This document shows positions 37,240-46,652 of a DNA stretch of 64,000 nucleotides, piece by piece (position 1 is the stretch's first letter; every line of letters begins with the position of its first letter). The notes under the pieces were generated by a model. That model made no database searches and was not told where the DNA came from. It saw nothing but the letters and a program-made list of their open reading frames with translations. A program made the position numbers and the translations under genes. This DNA comes from a virus: IMG/VR virus record IMGVR_UViG_3300022700_000179, positions 32,001 through 96,000 of that record. One strand, given 5' to 3'.

Positions 37240-38095
37240 CTCTGTTCAAAGGCGGGCGGTCATAGAAAAATGTGACAAGAAGGATCTTGATCCTGATGAG
37301 CCGAAGAGCGAGCAGAAGTGGTGTTTGTATACTCATGATGGGGATAAGCTTTTAGGTAGGCATCCTACTAAGGAAGACGCTGTGGATCAAGAAAAAGCAA
37401 TTCATGCAGGGTCTGCCAATAGACGTATTATGTATAAGGGAGCTACGTACGTCTTGGCAGCGGCGCCTCTTGTTAAAAGTACTAGCGGCTTTCTTGCAGT
37501 AGAAATAGGCCCCACTACTGCAACGGGCGACATAGTAGAAGCTATACGCATGTTCTTGCAGGACACTAAGCGTGACTATGCAACTATCCAACTTGGTAAG
37601 TATCTGGTAGAGAACGCTCCCGGCTCAGACTTTGTTGGGGTACGTGGCTTGTACTACAACAGTTTTAACAAGTCTTGGCAGGAAAGCCCCATTCCCTCAG
37701 CGCAGTATACGACGGGTAAAGAAGACACTGCTGAGCAGATTGTGCAAGATTGGCTAGATGACCGTTGGTCAGCTGGTATGAACGCTACGGGTTCGGTGGC
37801 ACCTAGGTCGATTCGTTACAAAGGTGTCAAATATGTCTTAGCTGCCAATCCTGCTATTATGTGGTCGCCCCAAGAAGCGACAGCCATGTTCTTCGAGCAA
37901 CTTGTATCAGAGATGGACAAGCTCAATTCTATGATTGCTGACGCTACGAAAAAGGATCCTAAATCTGGTAACGACTACGTTGTAGTGTGGGCCCAGCCCC
38001 TCAATCAGCAGCTGAAAAAGATAGATACTTACCTGTCTCAAGTGCACAAATCGTTGAAGCAGAATCTTCCAAAGCAGCAGTCGCCTTCTGATTAA
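37229..38095 (+). CDS. +1-frame continuation with a KC...WCLY domain and two tag motifs
   Basis: No credible start or SD before the domain; frame switch at the A5 run (37231-37235); RRIMYKGATYVLA and PRSIRYKGVKYVLA. Confidence 0.65.
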   Translation, partial: PKSSSVQRRAVIEKCDKKDLDPDEPKSEQKWCLYTHDGDKLLGRHPTKEDAVDQEKAIHAGSANRRIMYKGATYVLAAAPLVKSTSGFLAVEIGPTTATGDIVEAIRMFLQDTKRDYATIQLGKYLVENAPGSDFVGVRGLYYNSFNKSWQESPIPSAQYTTGKEDTAEQIVQDWLDDRWSAGMNATGSVAPRSIRYKGVKYVLAANPAIMWSPQEATAMFFEQLVSEMDKLNSMIADATKKDPKSGNDYVVVWAQPLNQQLKKIDTYLSQVHKSLKQNLPKQQSPSD

Positions 38096-38121
38096 CCACA
38101 GCTTATGGTAGCCTTACTACT

Positions 38122-38439
38122 ATGGAACGTGTATCCGATATAAAAAAGACACTCTCAGACTTAGATATTTCTGAACCAGAGTCTGTGGGGCGCTTTTACG
38201 TCGTAGCCTTAGTTACAGGTCTCTCCCTTTCCTTGTCTAAGGTCGATTTTAAGTACATGCCCTCTATAAAACAAACTTGTGTGCATATATTGTATGGCCA
38301 TATACCTACAATATTTACTGTAGTCCAGGAACACAAAAAGGAACTAATGCTTGAACTCGGTGTTCTTCTACGAAAGGGGCCGAGGATGTATAGAAAATCG
38401 GCTCTACGGGAGCTAGCAACCTACGGTAAAGATAAATGA
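38122..38439 (+). CDS. hypothetical protein
   Basis: 105 aa; ATGA overlap with the next gene. Confidence 0.6.
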   Translation: MERVSDIKKTLSDLDISEPESVGRFYVVALVTGLSLSLSKVDFKYMPSIKQTCVHILYGHIPTIFTVVQEHKKELMLELGVLLRKGPRMYRKSALRELATYGKDK

Positions 38440-38720
38440 GCAGTCCAACAAAGATAATTTATAGGGGTGCTACTTACGTTCTCGCCGACGCCGCGTTAGA
38501 AAAATTCTCCGAGAAGGCCCGTGTGGTTATACCAAAGCTGTTTGAACTTTGGGTAGGTGACGAATCTAATTTCAAGAACCTGAAAGCTGTTTTCGGCGGT
38601 CAACCAGCAGACATTATAACAGATCGGCTCCGTGACAAGTTCAGCACAGATCTGGCAGACATTGCTACATTGATTGTGGACTTTGGTCCTGCAGCAGAAA
38701 GACTCTCGAGCGATGACTAA
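38436..38720 (+). CDS. small protein with tag motif
   Basis: PTKIIYRGATYVLA. Confidence 0.75.
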   Translation: MSSPTKIIYRGATYVLADAALEKFSEKARVVIPKLFELWVGDESNFKNLKAVFGGQPADIITDRLRDKFSTDLADIATLIVDFGPAAERLSSDD

Positions 38721-40101
38721 TCACGAAGCTGGAAACGATGTAGATGTTGCTGCGGATGGTGTTATGCCTTTGTTGGAGGTCGGGCAACAGGTAGAGACTC
38801 CTTTAGGCCACGGCCGTATTAGTGATATTAGTCTTGTGGCTTCAGACTATGGGACCCAGGTTGAGATGGAGCCTAAGATTATGGTTGATCTCGACGATCC
38901 TGAGGAAGGTATTCCTAATACTATACAAGTTTGTATGTGTAAGCTTGGACTTGGCGACGAGAAAAAAGAAGCTATAATTCGAAAAGAATTCAGTAGGCTT
39001 TGGCCACCGATCACGGATGAGATACCCCAAGATTCCAGAATGATCGTAGATGTCCAAAACGAATTTGCGGAGACATCCAACATGACTACTCCCAGAGACA
39101 CCGAAATTAAACAGTTTCATAAATTGTATCTAGGTGCCCTACAGTCAGATTCGCTGGACCCTTCAATTCTCCGGGATATCCAGTTAGTTGCTTACAAAAA
39201 ATATGTTGATCTTTCTAGAGGATCTAAGAAAATAAGGGGCCGTATCGGGGATAGCGAAGAAGGCATGGTGGTCGATGTAGGGGCAGACGGCGGCAATGAA
39301 TCTGCGGTCATCTTAAAAAAGAAGAAGGGCGACGAGGGGTTTACTCGCCTACTACTTTTCCTACCCGACAGCGATTCGCTAAAATGGGTCGCAGTTCCCG
39401 AGGACGTAGAGTTTGATGGATATGATGGCAGGGATGATCTGGGGGTAGAGCCACACGTCTACGATGACATGCGTTTAAACAGTCCTGAGTTGCATACGAT
39501 CCGTAGACTTCCGGAAACCTATCTACCGCATGACCCGAATTACCCTTCCAGCATAACCACTACATTATGGAGGCCAACGATTCGTATGACACCGATCCGC
39601 TATTATAACACCCGTGAGGGGGCACTGGAAGTTAAACCTGAACATGCTCCCGAAAATGAAGAAAACTTGGAAGCAAACCAACAGGATTTGGTTAACTATC
39701 CTACTCCGGACTTTGTGCCACATGAGCATCACATGGCGCCATATGAGTCGGGGCAGCCAGTGTATGAGTATAGGGAAGACAAACGTCATCCGCATGCGCC
39801 AGAATTTATAGAACCCACAGACGAATTGGTGCAATCCGCGGCCGATTTCTGGAGAGAGTACACGTTGGCACGTCAACGTTACAATCCGGCTTTTGGTTCC
39901 CACTTGAACAAAGACGTACACCAGTTTGTAAAGGATTTTATGTCTCTGAAGGACATGTCCAGAGATGACGCTTTGGATTTACTCCGTTACATGGTGCAAG
40001 TAGGGTATTTTCCTCCAAGTGTATACGATTCAACTGTAGACACCTTCGCAGCAGATGACGTTGGTATGACCACTCGGACGCACTACACCAACGATGCGTA
40101 G
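38713..40101 (+). CDS. hypothetical acidic protein
   Basis: ATG at 38713 overlapping the previous gene. Confidence 0.75.
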   Translation: MTNHEAGNDVDVAADGVMPLLEVGQQVETPLGHGRISDISLVASDYGTQVEMEPKIMVDLDDPEEGIPNTIQVCMCKLGLGDEKKEAIIRKEFSRLWPPITDEIPQDSRMIVDVQNEFAETSNMTTPRDTEIKQFHKLYLGALQSDSLDPSILRDIQLVAYKKYVDLSRGSKKIRGRIGDSEEGMVVDVGADGGNESAVILKKKKGDEGFTRLLLFLPDSDSLKWVAVPEDVEFDGYDGRDDLGVEPHVYDDMRLNSPELHTIRRLPETYLPHDPNYPSSITTTLWRPTIRMTPIRYYNTREGALEVKPEHAPENEENLEANQQDLVNYPTPDFVPHEHHMAPYESGQPVYEYREDKRHPHAPEFIEPTDELVQSAADFWREYTLARQRYNPAFGSHLNKDVHQFVKDFMSLKDMSRDDALDLLRYMVQVGYFPPSVYDSTVDTFAADDVGMTTRTHYTNDA

Positions 40102-41440
40102 TCCCACACCGACCATAATAGAATTCCGTGGTGCATTTTATTGTATTGCGGATTCTGATGATGAGTTCGTTCAAGAGGTCGTCCTTAAGAAACTAAAGGA
40201 AAAGGGGCTGGACCTGCCTGAAGAGATCCTTAGGGGTCCAGAAGAAACCGGCGAGCAGTATATCCCTGAGCTTACACCAAAAGATATAGAAGAAACAACG
40301 GAAGAAGTCACTGCGGTAACCCAAGCTGCCAGAGCACATGCTGAAGGCCTACTTCAAACGAATGGCATAGATTACGACCCAGATATTATCTACTCTGTCA
40401 ATTTTCCTGAACTTTCCGAGGATAGGGGTTTTGTGGTTGAAGGTGAAGAGGGAGTGGAGGTAAGGTTCAAAGTTAACAAGGGTAATCTGTCACATTTTGA
40501 TGGCAGCGCTTGTATTTTTGATTACCGCTTTCCAGAGAGTATCTGGAGTCAGGTAAGGGATCGACTTCTAGGTCGAGGACGGATCACGCCCGGTGGACAT
40601 GAGCTGGTCGAATTTATTTTCCAGTTTTGCAATCATAACTTTGGTGTGTCCGCGCAAAAGGGTGCGTTGTTCGACGAACTGATTGCAGCCATTGGTTTTG
40701 TACAAGATCCGTCAAAAGTAAAAACTGATGCTTCTCGAAGACTGGAGCCGGTAGGCGGTACCCTTGAGGAGAGGCAAGAGCAAGTACTTGACTGGCTGAA
40801 AGAAATTATTCAAGAGGAAAACCAGCGCGGTAAAGGTGAGAGAACCAATTGGAATAATGAGGGTAGTGTACTAAGTACACTTAAATTTTATAGAGGCGAA
40901 AAGTTTATAAGCAAAGAACAGTATGACGAGATACTGAATTGGTTGGACACCGATTTTAGATCAATAATGGATGCCGCTGTAGCCAGGGCTCAGGGTAGTG
41001 GTGGTGGAGCGGCGGAGTCTGGTGGAGGACTAGTTAAGACCGTCGAAGAGTATGTCAAAGATCTAGCTGGTCAAGCTGGATACAATGGTCCAATACATTC
41101 GTACATTGATAAGAATACTGGTTTAATTGCATCTCAAATCGAAGCCCCCTACCGATTTGTGTACTTCCTTGAGAGGCAGGCCGGCGGAAACGTCAAGCTG
41201 GTTAGGGCATCAATGCGTTTTTGTGACTATGACTACAGCGTAGATGACCCAGCTGACGCAGTAGAGCTACTAAAGCACGATGTCACTTTCGGAATGGCGT
41301 ATAAAAATGCAGTGAATCCCAAAAAGTCTAAGCGTTACAGGAAGAAGTCCTTCGAGGATCACGTCCGGGACTACGTTTCGCAACAGGCCAAGCAGATGCA
41401 AGAGCAAGCCGGCGGCGAAGTCGAGGAGCCCATAGTGTAG
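40094..41440 (+). CDS. hypothetical protein with N-terminal tag motif
   Basis: PTIIEFRGAFYCIA. Confidence 0.75.
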   Translation: MRSPTPTIIEFRGAFYCIADSDDEFVQEVVLKKLKEKGLDLPEEILRGPEETGEQYIPELTPKDIEETTEEVTAVTQAARAHAEGLLQTNGIDYDPDIIYSVNFPELSEDRGFVVEGEEGVEVRFKVNKGNLSHFDGSACIFDYRFPESIWSQVRDRLLGRGRITPGGHELVEFIFQFCNHNFGVSAQKGALFDELIAAIGFVQDPSKVKTDASRRLEPVGGTLEERQEQVLDWLKEIIQEENQRGKGERTNWNNEGSVLSTLKFYRGEKFISKEQYDEILNWLDTDFRSIMDAAVARAQGSGGGAAESGGGLVKTVEEYVKDLAGQAGYNGPIHSYIDKNTGLIASQIEAPYRFVYFLERQAGGNVKLVRASMRFCDYDYSVDDPADAVELLKHDVTFGMAYKNAVNPKKSKRYRKKSFEDHVRDYVSQQAKQMQEQAGGEVEEPIV

Positions 41441-41546
41441 CTTCGCCCACATTTCGAGATCGTATATCTGCGGTCACCCTCCAAACTTTTCTCACCCCGT
41501 TATCTTAACGTGTTGTTTTTGTTAAGGATCTATTTTAGATAAATCC

Positions 41547-41574
41547 TTGACAATGTCGCACCCTTTCGTACAAT
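41547..41574 (+). promoter_or_regulatory. sigma70-type promoter
   Basis: TTGACA-N16-TACAAT. Confidence 0.65.
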
Positions 41575-41711
41575 CGGATCTACCTTGCGAACAAATCTAC
41601 GCATAGACTGGCGCGATACCAGGACTACTCTTTTCCTAGTCGTATAGGAACACTGGGCTGAACTGGGACGAGTAGTATCTCGTCCCCAACATCACTTGAC
41701 GGGGGTTCCCT

Positions 41712-43052
41712 ATGACAGAAGGGCTGCGGGCTTGCGTTCTGCAGGCGACGAATGGGTTTACTGTACCTGACCTCACCAAAAAACGGATCTTGAGATTAAT
41801 AGCTCTATATTCGTGCAGGCTTATCTCATCAAAAGATTATCGTAAAGCTGTTAAGCGGGTCTTCCCCAAAAATACTTGTATGCAAGCTAAACTTCTGTAT
41901 TTAAAGGACTACTTGGAACATTCTACTATTAGAAATGACCTTTTCCGTGCAATCTACGAGCTTGTTCAGCATACCAAATTGCACGATAAGTTTATCCTTA
42001 CTACGGCGCTCGAGTATGGGCTAGAGCCAGAGGAACTGTTGGCCTTTTACCGGATACTGAATGCCGGTGAGCACACTAAAATTCGCGATTTGGAAGTACC
42101 GCCAAGTGAGTGGGACTTAAATCGAATTGCAGATCTGATGATGTATTTGGACCGCATCATCACTAATTTTGCACGTAGATACCTAACCTACGTCCTTACC
42201 CATGATAGATCCAAAGAGAACATTGCAGACCTGGCGGGGGATCTTCGTACGCAGGCCATGAAAGTGATACGTGAGTATGAAGTGGCTAACCTTACCGAAG
42301 ACCATATGACTAAAATGGTAGTCAGAAGCGTTCGCCATTTTGCAGCGAACCAGGCAGAGTCATATGGCAGGGAAAAACGAGCAGCTGTAAAACGTGTCAA
42401 GCACAAAGATCTTTACCGAATTGCTTGGTACTTGAATATTCAGGACATGACTATTACTCCGGTACGTGTTCGACCGGATATTGAGGATCGAGTACGCATA
42501 CATGGCAATATGTGCGTGAAGGTTTCCATGCCCAGCAAGGATAAACAACTAATACACCTGAAACGGCTTTACGAGACTGAGGAGGAAGCATACAGCGCTT
42601 TAGAACTGCGACGTCTTGGTAAATACAGTAAACGTCACCACTACATCGACTTGTCTCCCCGTCAACGTGATGAATTTCGGAAGACGTCCACATCTATTTA
42701 CAAAACTGTCGAGGGAGAGGATGGTGAATCCCTACCATTGGTCGAACGCCTTCCAGATGAGTCTAGCGAATTTAGCGTAGAGCCAGATGATTCCTTTGAG
42801 CATCTGCTACGTACCGCCGACGTGACTGTTCGGGAATTCGCGACATTAGTCAGTGACCCACATGATCCCTTCTTTCTGTCCTATGCTGCTTCCGTTGGTG
42901 TTGATCCCGGTACGTGTAGTTGCAAGAAGTTAGGTAAACTGGTTTGTTCTTTTTTGGGAACTACAAAAGACAAAGTGCGCAGTGGCCTATTAGACACCCC
43001 ATGCTCAATTTGGACGCAGGAACAAATAGGGCAGTTGACGCAGCAAACGTAG
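41712..43052 (+). CDS. divergent sigma70-like factor
   Basis: Region-2-like DLAGDLRTQAMKVIREYE...VRHFAANQAESYGREKR; region-3.2-like SIYKTVEGEDGESLPLVERLPD. Confidence 0.45.
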   Translation: MTEGLRACVLQATNGFTVPDLTKKRILRLIALYSCRLISSKDYRKAVKRVFPKNTCMQAKLLYLKDYLEHSTIRNDLFRAIYELVQHTKLHDKFILTTALEYGLEPEELLAFYRILNAGEHTKIRDLEVPPSEWDLNRIADLMMYLDRIITNFARRYLTYVLTHDRSKENIADLAGDLRTQAMKVIREYEVANLTEDHMTKMVVRSVRHFAANQAESYGREKRAAVKRVKHKDLYRIAWYLNIQDMTITPVRVRPDIEDRVRIHGNMCVKVSMPSKDKQLIHLKRLYETEEEAYSALELRRLGKYSKRHHYIDLSPRQRDEFRKTSTSIYKTVEGEDGESLPLVERLPDESSEFSVEPDDSFEHLLRTADVTVREFATLVSDPHDPFFLSYAASVGVDPGTCSCKKLGKLVCSFLGTTKDKVRSGLLDTPCSIWTQEQIGQLTQQT

Positions 43053-43061
43053 GAGTAGTCA

Positions 43062-43769
43062 ATGTCTCAGCTAAACCACCTGATTTTTCACATTGCTAGC
43101 GTAACACCAGACTATGCGGGCGACGGGTTTCCTCCAGTGTCTGCCCACAGAATTGTCAGCGTAGCGTCTTGTCTATTAACACAAGAAGGGCCTGCTAATA
43201 GTGCAAACGTACATTTTGACGCCAACACACTAGTACCAAAGAAGGTCAAGGAGCGGGATCTCGTCAGATCGTTCTTCGCTAGTGTGACAGAAGGACGAAA
43301 ACTGGTGTCTGCTTTTAGTTCTATCTATTCAATTCCGGTGCTGATTTACCGTGCCCTATACCACGCTGTTCCAGAGGCAAGCAACTTTTTCCGACAGCGT
43401 GCTTTTTACGATAACCCGTTTGAGGGGCATATAGATCTTGCCTTCATTCTGTCCAATGGTGGGGCAGTAAACGGTCCTAATTTTAACGAGCTGGCCCAGA
43501 CTATGGCCCTTCCGCCCTTCAAACGTTCTGATGTATCGGAATCATTCCGAAAAGGAGAACTAGCGCCCATAGAAGCCCAGCTTGGTTTGGACGTTTTGGT
43601 CCTTACCTTGTCCTTCTTGCGATTTAGCTACGTATCAGGTGATCTACCGCTGGATTCTTACCAGGAGGTAGGCAAGAAAGTTTTGAAGGAGTTTGCAGGC
43701 GATATCGCTCTTTGCCGAGATTATCTGAATCGAATGAGTCCAAAGAAATTTTTCTGCGTAGGGAGCTGA
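43062..43769 (+). CDS. PolB-exonuclease-related DEDD protein with degenerate catalytic residues
   Basis: FHIASVTPD (expected FDIETVPD), FPP...HRIVSVA, PVLIYRAL, HIDL, LDVL. Confidence 0.65.
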   Translation: MSQLNHLIFHIASVTPDYAGDGFPPVSAHRIVSVASCLLTQEGPANSANVHFDANTLVPKKVKERDLVRSFFASVTEGRKLVSAFSSIYSIPVLIYRALYHAVPEASNFFRQRAFYDNPFEGHIDLAFILSNGGAVNGPNFNELAQTMALPPFKRSDVSESFRKGELAPIEAQLGLDVLVLTLSFLRFSYVSGDLPLDSYQEVGKKVLKEFAGDIALCRDYLNRMSPKKFFCVGS

Positions 43770-44219
43770 CTACCACATTTGTGCTTTGGGATCGTCGCCT
43801 AGCCGCAAAGCCTTGACCAACCTTTGAATATCATTCTCATACGTCTGTGCCCTGTTCCATCTTTCCCCACATACTAAGCAAGTTACCTTACCTTCCTCCC
43901 CCTTGAAGTGCCGCGTTCCGCAGGATGGACACACTTGACAGGTTTGGCACACGTGAGGGGCCCTGTCCAGGTGGTGCCAGGGACTGTCAGCTCGGTGGCT
44001 AACCTCTCCAGTACATACCTGACAGATAGTTCTGGCTTCATGCTTTCTGTGGTGGTACAGGGCCAGCTCGATTTCGAATGCGTCCATCGAATGCCAGATA
44101 TTCCCACATTCTGTGCACAGGATACGCTCCCCGACCCCTTTGCTCTTGGTGTTGATATAGTTCCCGTGTTGCAGGGAGTGTCGGTGTTCACAAATGGGAC
44201 ATGTTTTTAGGTCAGGCAT
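43770..44219 (-). CDS. multi-CxxC zinc-finger protein
   Basis: Six CxxC pairs; SD GGAGG. Confidence 0.75.
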   Translation of the reverse strand: MPDLKTCPICEHRHSLQHGNYINTKSKGVGERILCTECGNIWHSMDAFEIELALYHHRKHEARTICQVCTGEVSHRADSPWHHLDRAPHVCQTCQVCPSCGTRHFKGEEGKVTCLVCGERWNRAQTYENDIQRLVKALRLGDDPKAQMW

Positions 44220-44247
44220 GATTACCTCCGTTCGTTGGTGTACTACG

Positions 44248-44276
44248 AAGGTAACCTCTTATTCGGTGTGTGTCAA
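44248..44276 (-). promoter_or_regulatory. sigma70-type promoter
   Basis: TTGACA-N17-TACCTT. Confidence 0.6.
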
Positions 44277-44282
44277 GGTGTG

Positions 44283-44735
44283 TTAGTGTAGGGGACTGTA
44301 AGATTGCTGAATCTTTGTGAAGTTGCTGACGACGTCTACATGCCTGGGTTCGCTGTCCAGGATTACCTCGTTGTCTGCGGTGTCAATGTGGAATACTCTT
44401 GCTATACCGTATTGACCTGCTACAAGATATAACTGCAAGGACCATACTTTAAGCGCATTGCTCCTGACCCACTCCGGGTAGTAATCCAGCCGGAATTTAC
44501 CTAGACCTTGGCAAGAAGGACTGAATCGAACCTCCAAACATGTCTCGTTGCTACTCACATCCGGTCTTATTTGGATATATTGGGGTGACACTTTTTGTAT
44601 AAATTTTTCTGCCTGTCGTGTAGATGGTAATACAACAGATGCGGTAGGAACCTCCGGCATTTCCCATCCGTATACATCGAACACTACACTGGACATGATG
44701 CACTTACAGTCCAAGCGGAGCGTGAGTTCTTGCAT
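44283..44735 (-). CDS. hypothetical protein
   Basis: TAATG coupling with the upstream gene. Confidence 0.65.
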   Translation of the reverse strand: MQELTLRLDCKCIMSSVVFDVYGWEMPEVPTASVVLPSTRQAEKFIQKVSPQYIQIRPDVSSNETCLEVRFSPSCQGLGKFRLDYYPEWVRSNALKVWSLQLYLVAGQYGIARVFHIDTADNEVILDSEPRHVDVVSNFTKIQQSYSPLH

Positions 44736-45073
44736 TAGTTCACCATGTTTCCGCTATTAGACTCAGCGCTGGGGAAGGATAAATTTATCCCCCACCCAAT
44801 ATCGAGTGTATCTGCCAGCTCGTTGATGAAGTCAGGATCATTTGCCTCTTTCAAACATTGAAGAAAAACAGGTACAACCTGCCGCATTGCTAAGTCCATG
44901 GCATACTTGAATATAATGCTGCATACGTCCATTCTATTTAGATCTTTATAATTATTTAGTCTATCCAATACTTCTTCCAGGCCGGTGTTTCCTTCTAAGT
45001 TCTCTTTCAGCGCCTCTTTGAAGGCTACGATAAAGTCGAGGTGCCTGGAAATGTTTTCATTGTTGACCATCAT
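44735..45073 (-). CDS. hypothetical protein
   Basis: SD GAGG; 112 aa. Confidence 0.7.
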   Translation of the reverse strand: MMVNNENISRHLDFIVAFKEALKENLEGNTGLEEVLDRLNNYKDLNRMDVCSIIFKYAMDLAMRQVVPVFLQCLKEANDPDFINELADTLDIGWGINLSFPSAESNSGNMVN

Positions 45074-45084
45074 ACGAACCTCTC

Positions 45085-45639
45085 CTATTGCAGTTTTTCT
45101 TGCCGTGGGCGATCTTGTGGGACGGCTTCATGCAGCCACTCAATCCAGAATCGCCACTGTTCAGGAACTTGATTTTTGTTTATGGCTTCTACCAGTAGCG
45201 TAGGCATCCAGTTAGGCCGTGCAGGTTTGTGTAGTAAAGGCATGCCTGCTTCTTTAGGGGTCCTATTGTTTTTCTTTTGATTGCAAGGTTCGCACGCAGT
45301 TACGATATTGCCCCATGTAGTTTTTCCACCCCTCGATCGGGGCACAACGTGGTCGTAGGTAAGCAGTTTTTCTTTGAACCGTTTTCCGCAGTATTGGCAT
45401 CGCCATTGATCTCTGGCATATATATGCCATCGATCCATAGGAACCTTTTGTAGGAACTTATGATTGTTACACGTCAACCGTATAACAGCCGGCATCTTTG
45501 CATCTATGTACTTAGAGCGTAGAGGGATATCGTAACATGCAACAACCTCGACCTTTTCTAGTATCCAAGCCGTTACTGCATCTCGCCAGCGAACGAGACG
45601 TATGGGTTCATATCCTCGATTTAACAAAAGCGTCTGCAT
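45085..45639 (-). CDS. HNH endonuclease (McrA-like)
   Basis: TLLLNRGYEP, RDQWRCQYCG and LTYDHVVPRSRGGKTTWGNIVTACEPCNQKK. Confidence 0.92.
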   Translation of the reverse strand: MQTLLLNRGYEPIRLVRWRDAVTAWILEKVEVVACYDIPLRSKYIDAKMPAVIRLTCNNHKFLQKVPMDRWHIYARDQWRCQYCGKRFKEKLLTYDHVVPRSRGGKTTWGNIVTACEPCNQKKNNRTPKEAGMPLLHKPARPNWMPTLLVEAINKNQVPEQWRFWIEWLHEAVPQDRPRQEKLQ

Positions 45640-45650
45640 TTTACATAACC

Positions 45651-46430
45651 TTAGTATTTTTGTTCCATCGTTTCATCGTGTAAAAGTTTTCTAGTATAGT
45701 AGTGATCTCTAGCCCATACGCTCTTCCAGTATATAGCACTTATGCCTGTGGGTGTAAAGGAGCTGTTGTGAGATTCGACATTCAGCAAGTCATTGTGCTC
45801 TTTAACGCATTCCATTACAGACTGTGCTAATATCAATACTTCATCGGCGATTTTTTCAATTGGTAGCGTTGCGTCCAAAACAGCAGTACAGACTGTACTA
45901 GTACGTAAATGACGCGCGAGCTTTAGATACTCACCAGCTATTTTCTTCTGGAACTCTATCTTTTCGTATATCTCTTTTGTTCCGCCCCTAGCATCAACTC
46001 TGTTCATAGCCTCCTCTTCCTTTCCAGCCATGTCCAACAGTATGGTAAGGTGAGGAGGTGCAGCTGCTAGGTAACGGTATATACCGGCCAACCATTCTTT
46101 TGTAAGGCTTTGTCCTTGATATACTTCCCAAGATAAATGATAGCGGTCACATACCACTATTTTCTCCTCCTCTATCCAGGGAACGATCTTTCCCCAGTAG
46201 TGCTCGTATCGGTCCAGTAAGAATTGCGCGGCTAGTGTTTCCGGTTGTGTGCACACGAATTCGCCAGATAGGCACTTCCGGATCAACTTCCCGATTGGGG
46301 AGTCAGTAGGTTCAAAAGTGAACTCAGCCTTTTTACCTAACTTGATTAATCTCTCGGTTAGCAACTTGGCCTGAGTGGTATGACCGGAACCATCTATACC
46401 TTCAAAAACAACGAAAATTGGGGTTGTCAT
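45651..46430 (-). CDS. tmk: thymidylate kinase (P-loop Lys replaced by His)
   Basis: FEGIDGSGHTTQ, FEP, DRYEH, VVCDRY, PHLTILLD. Confidence 0.85.
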   Translation of the reverse strand: MTTPIFVVFEGIDGSGHTTQAKLLTERLIKLGKKAEFTFEPTDSPIGKLIRKCLSGEFVCTQPETLAAQFLLDRYEHYWGKIVPWIEEEKIVVCDRYHLSWEVYQGQSLTKEWLAGIYRYLAAAPPHLTILLDMAGKEEEAMNRVDARGGTKEIYEKIEFQKKIAGEYLKLARHLRTSTVCTAVLDATLPIEKIADEVLILAQSVMECVKEHNDLLNVESHNSSFTPTGISAIYWKSVWARDHYYTRKLLHDETMEQKY

Positions 46431-46442
46431 TGTTTGTCCCTT

Positions 46443-46652
46443 CTAAACAAACAGGGTTGTTAGTATAGCTACTATTACGGTCAGTACTGTCCCTATAAGG
46501 AATCCACGCCAAAAACTATAATAGGCTACCGCATCTAGTAGATTGAAGAATAGCGATTCGCCGACTTCTCCGTGGTGTTTGTTTATTAAACTCCGTAGTT
46601 GGTCCGATGTGTTCTCAATAAATTCCTGGTCTTTCTTGTAATCGTCAGTCAT
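46443..46652 (-). CDS. small membrane protein
   Basis: C-terminal TM helix. Confidence 0.65.
   Translation of the reverse strand: MTDDYKKDQEFIENTSDQLRSLINKHHGEVGESLFFNLLDAVAYYSFWRGFLIGTVLTVIVAILTTLFV

Noticed and set aside
45085-45639. HNH as an intron-encoded or mobile homing endonuclease
   Set aside because: It is free-standing between intact genes, with no interrupted host gene or intron structure seen.
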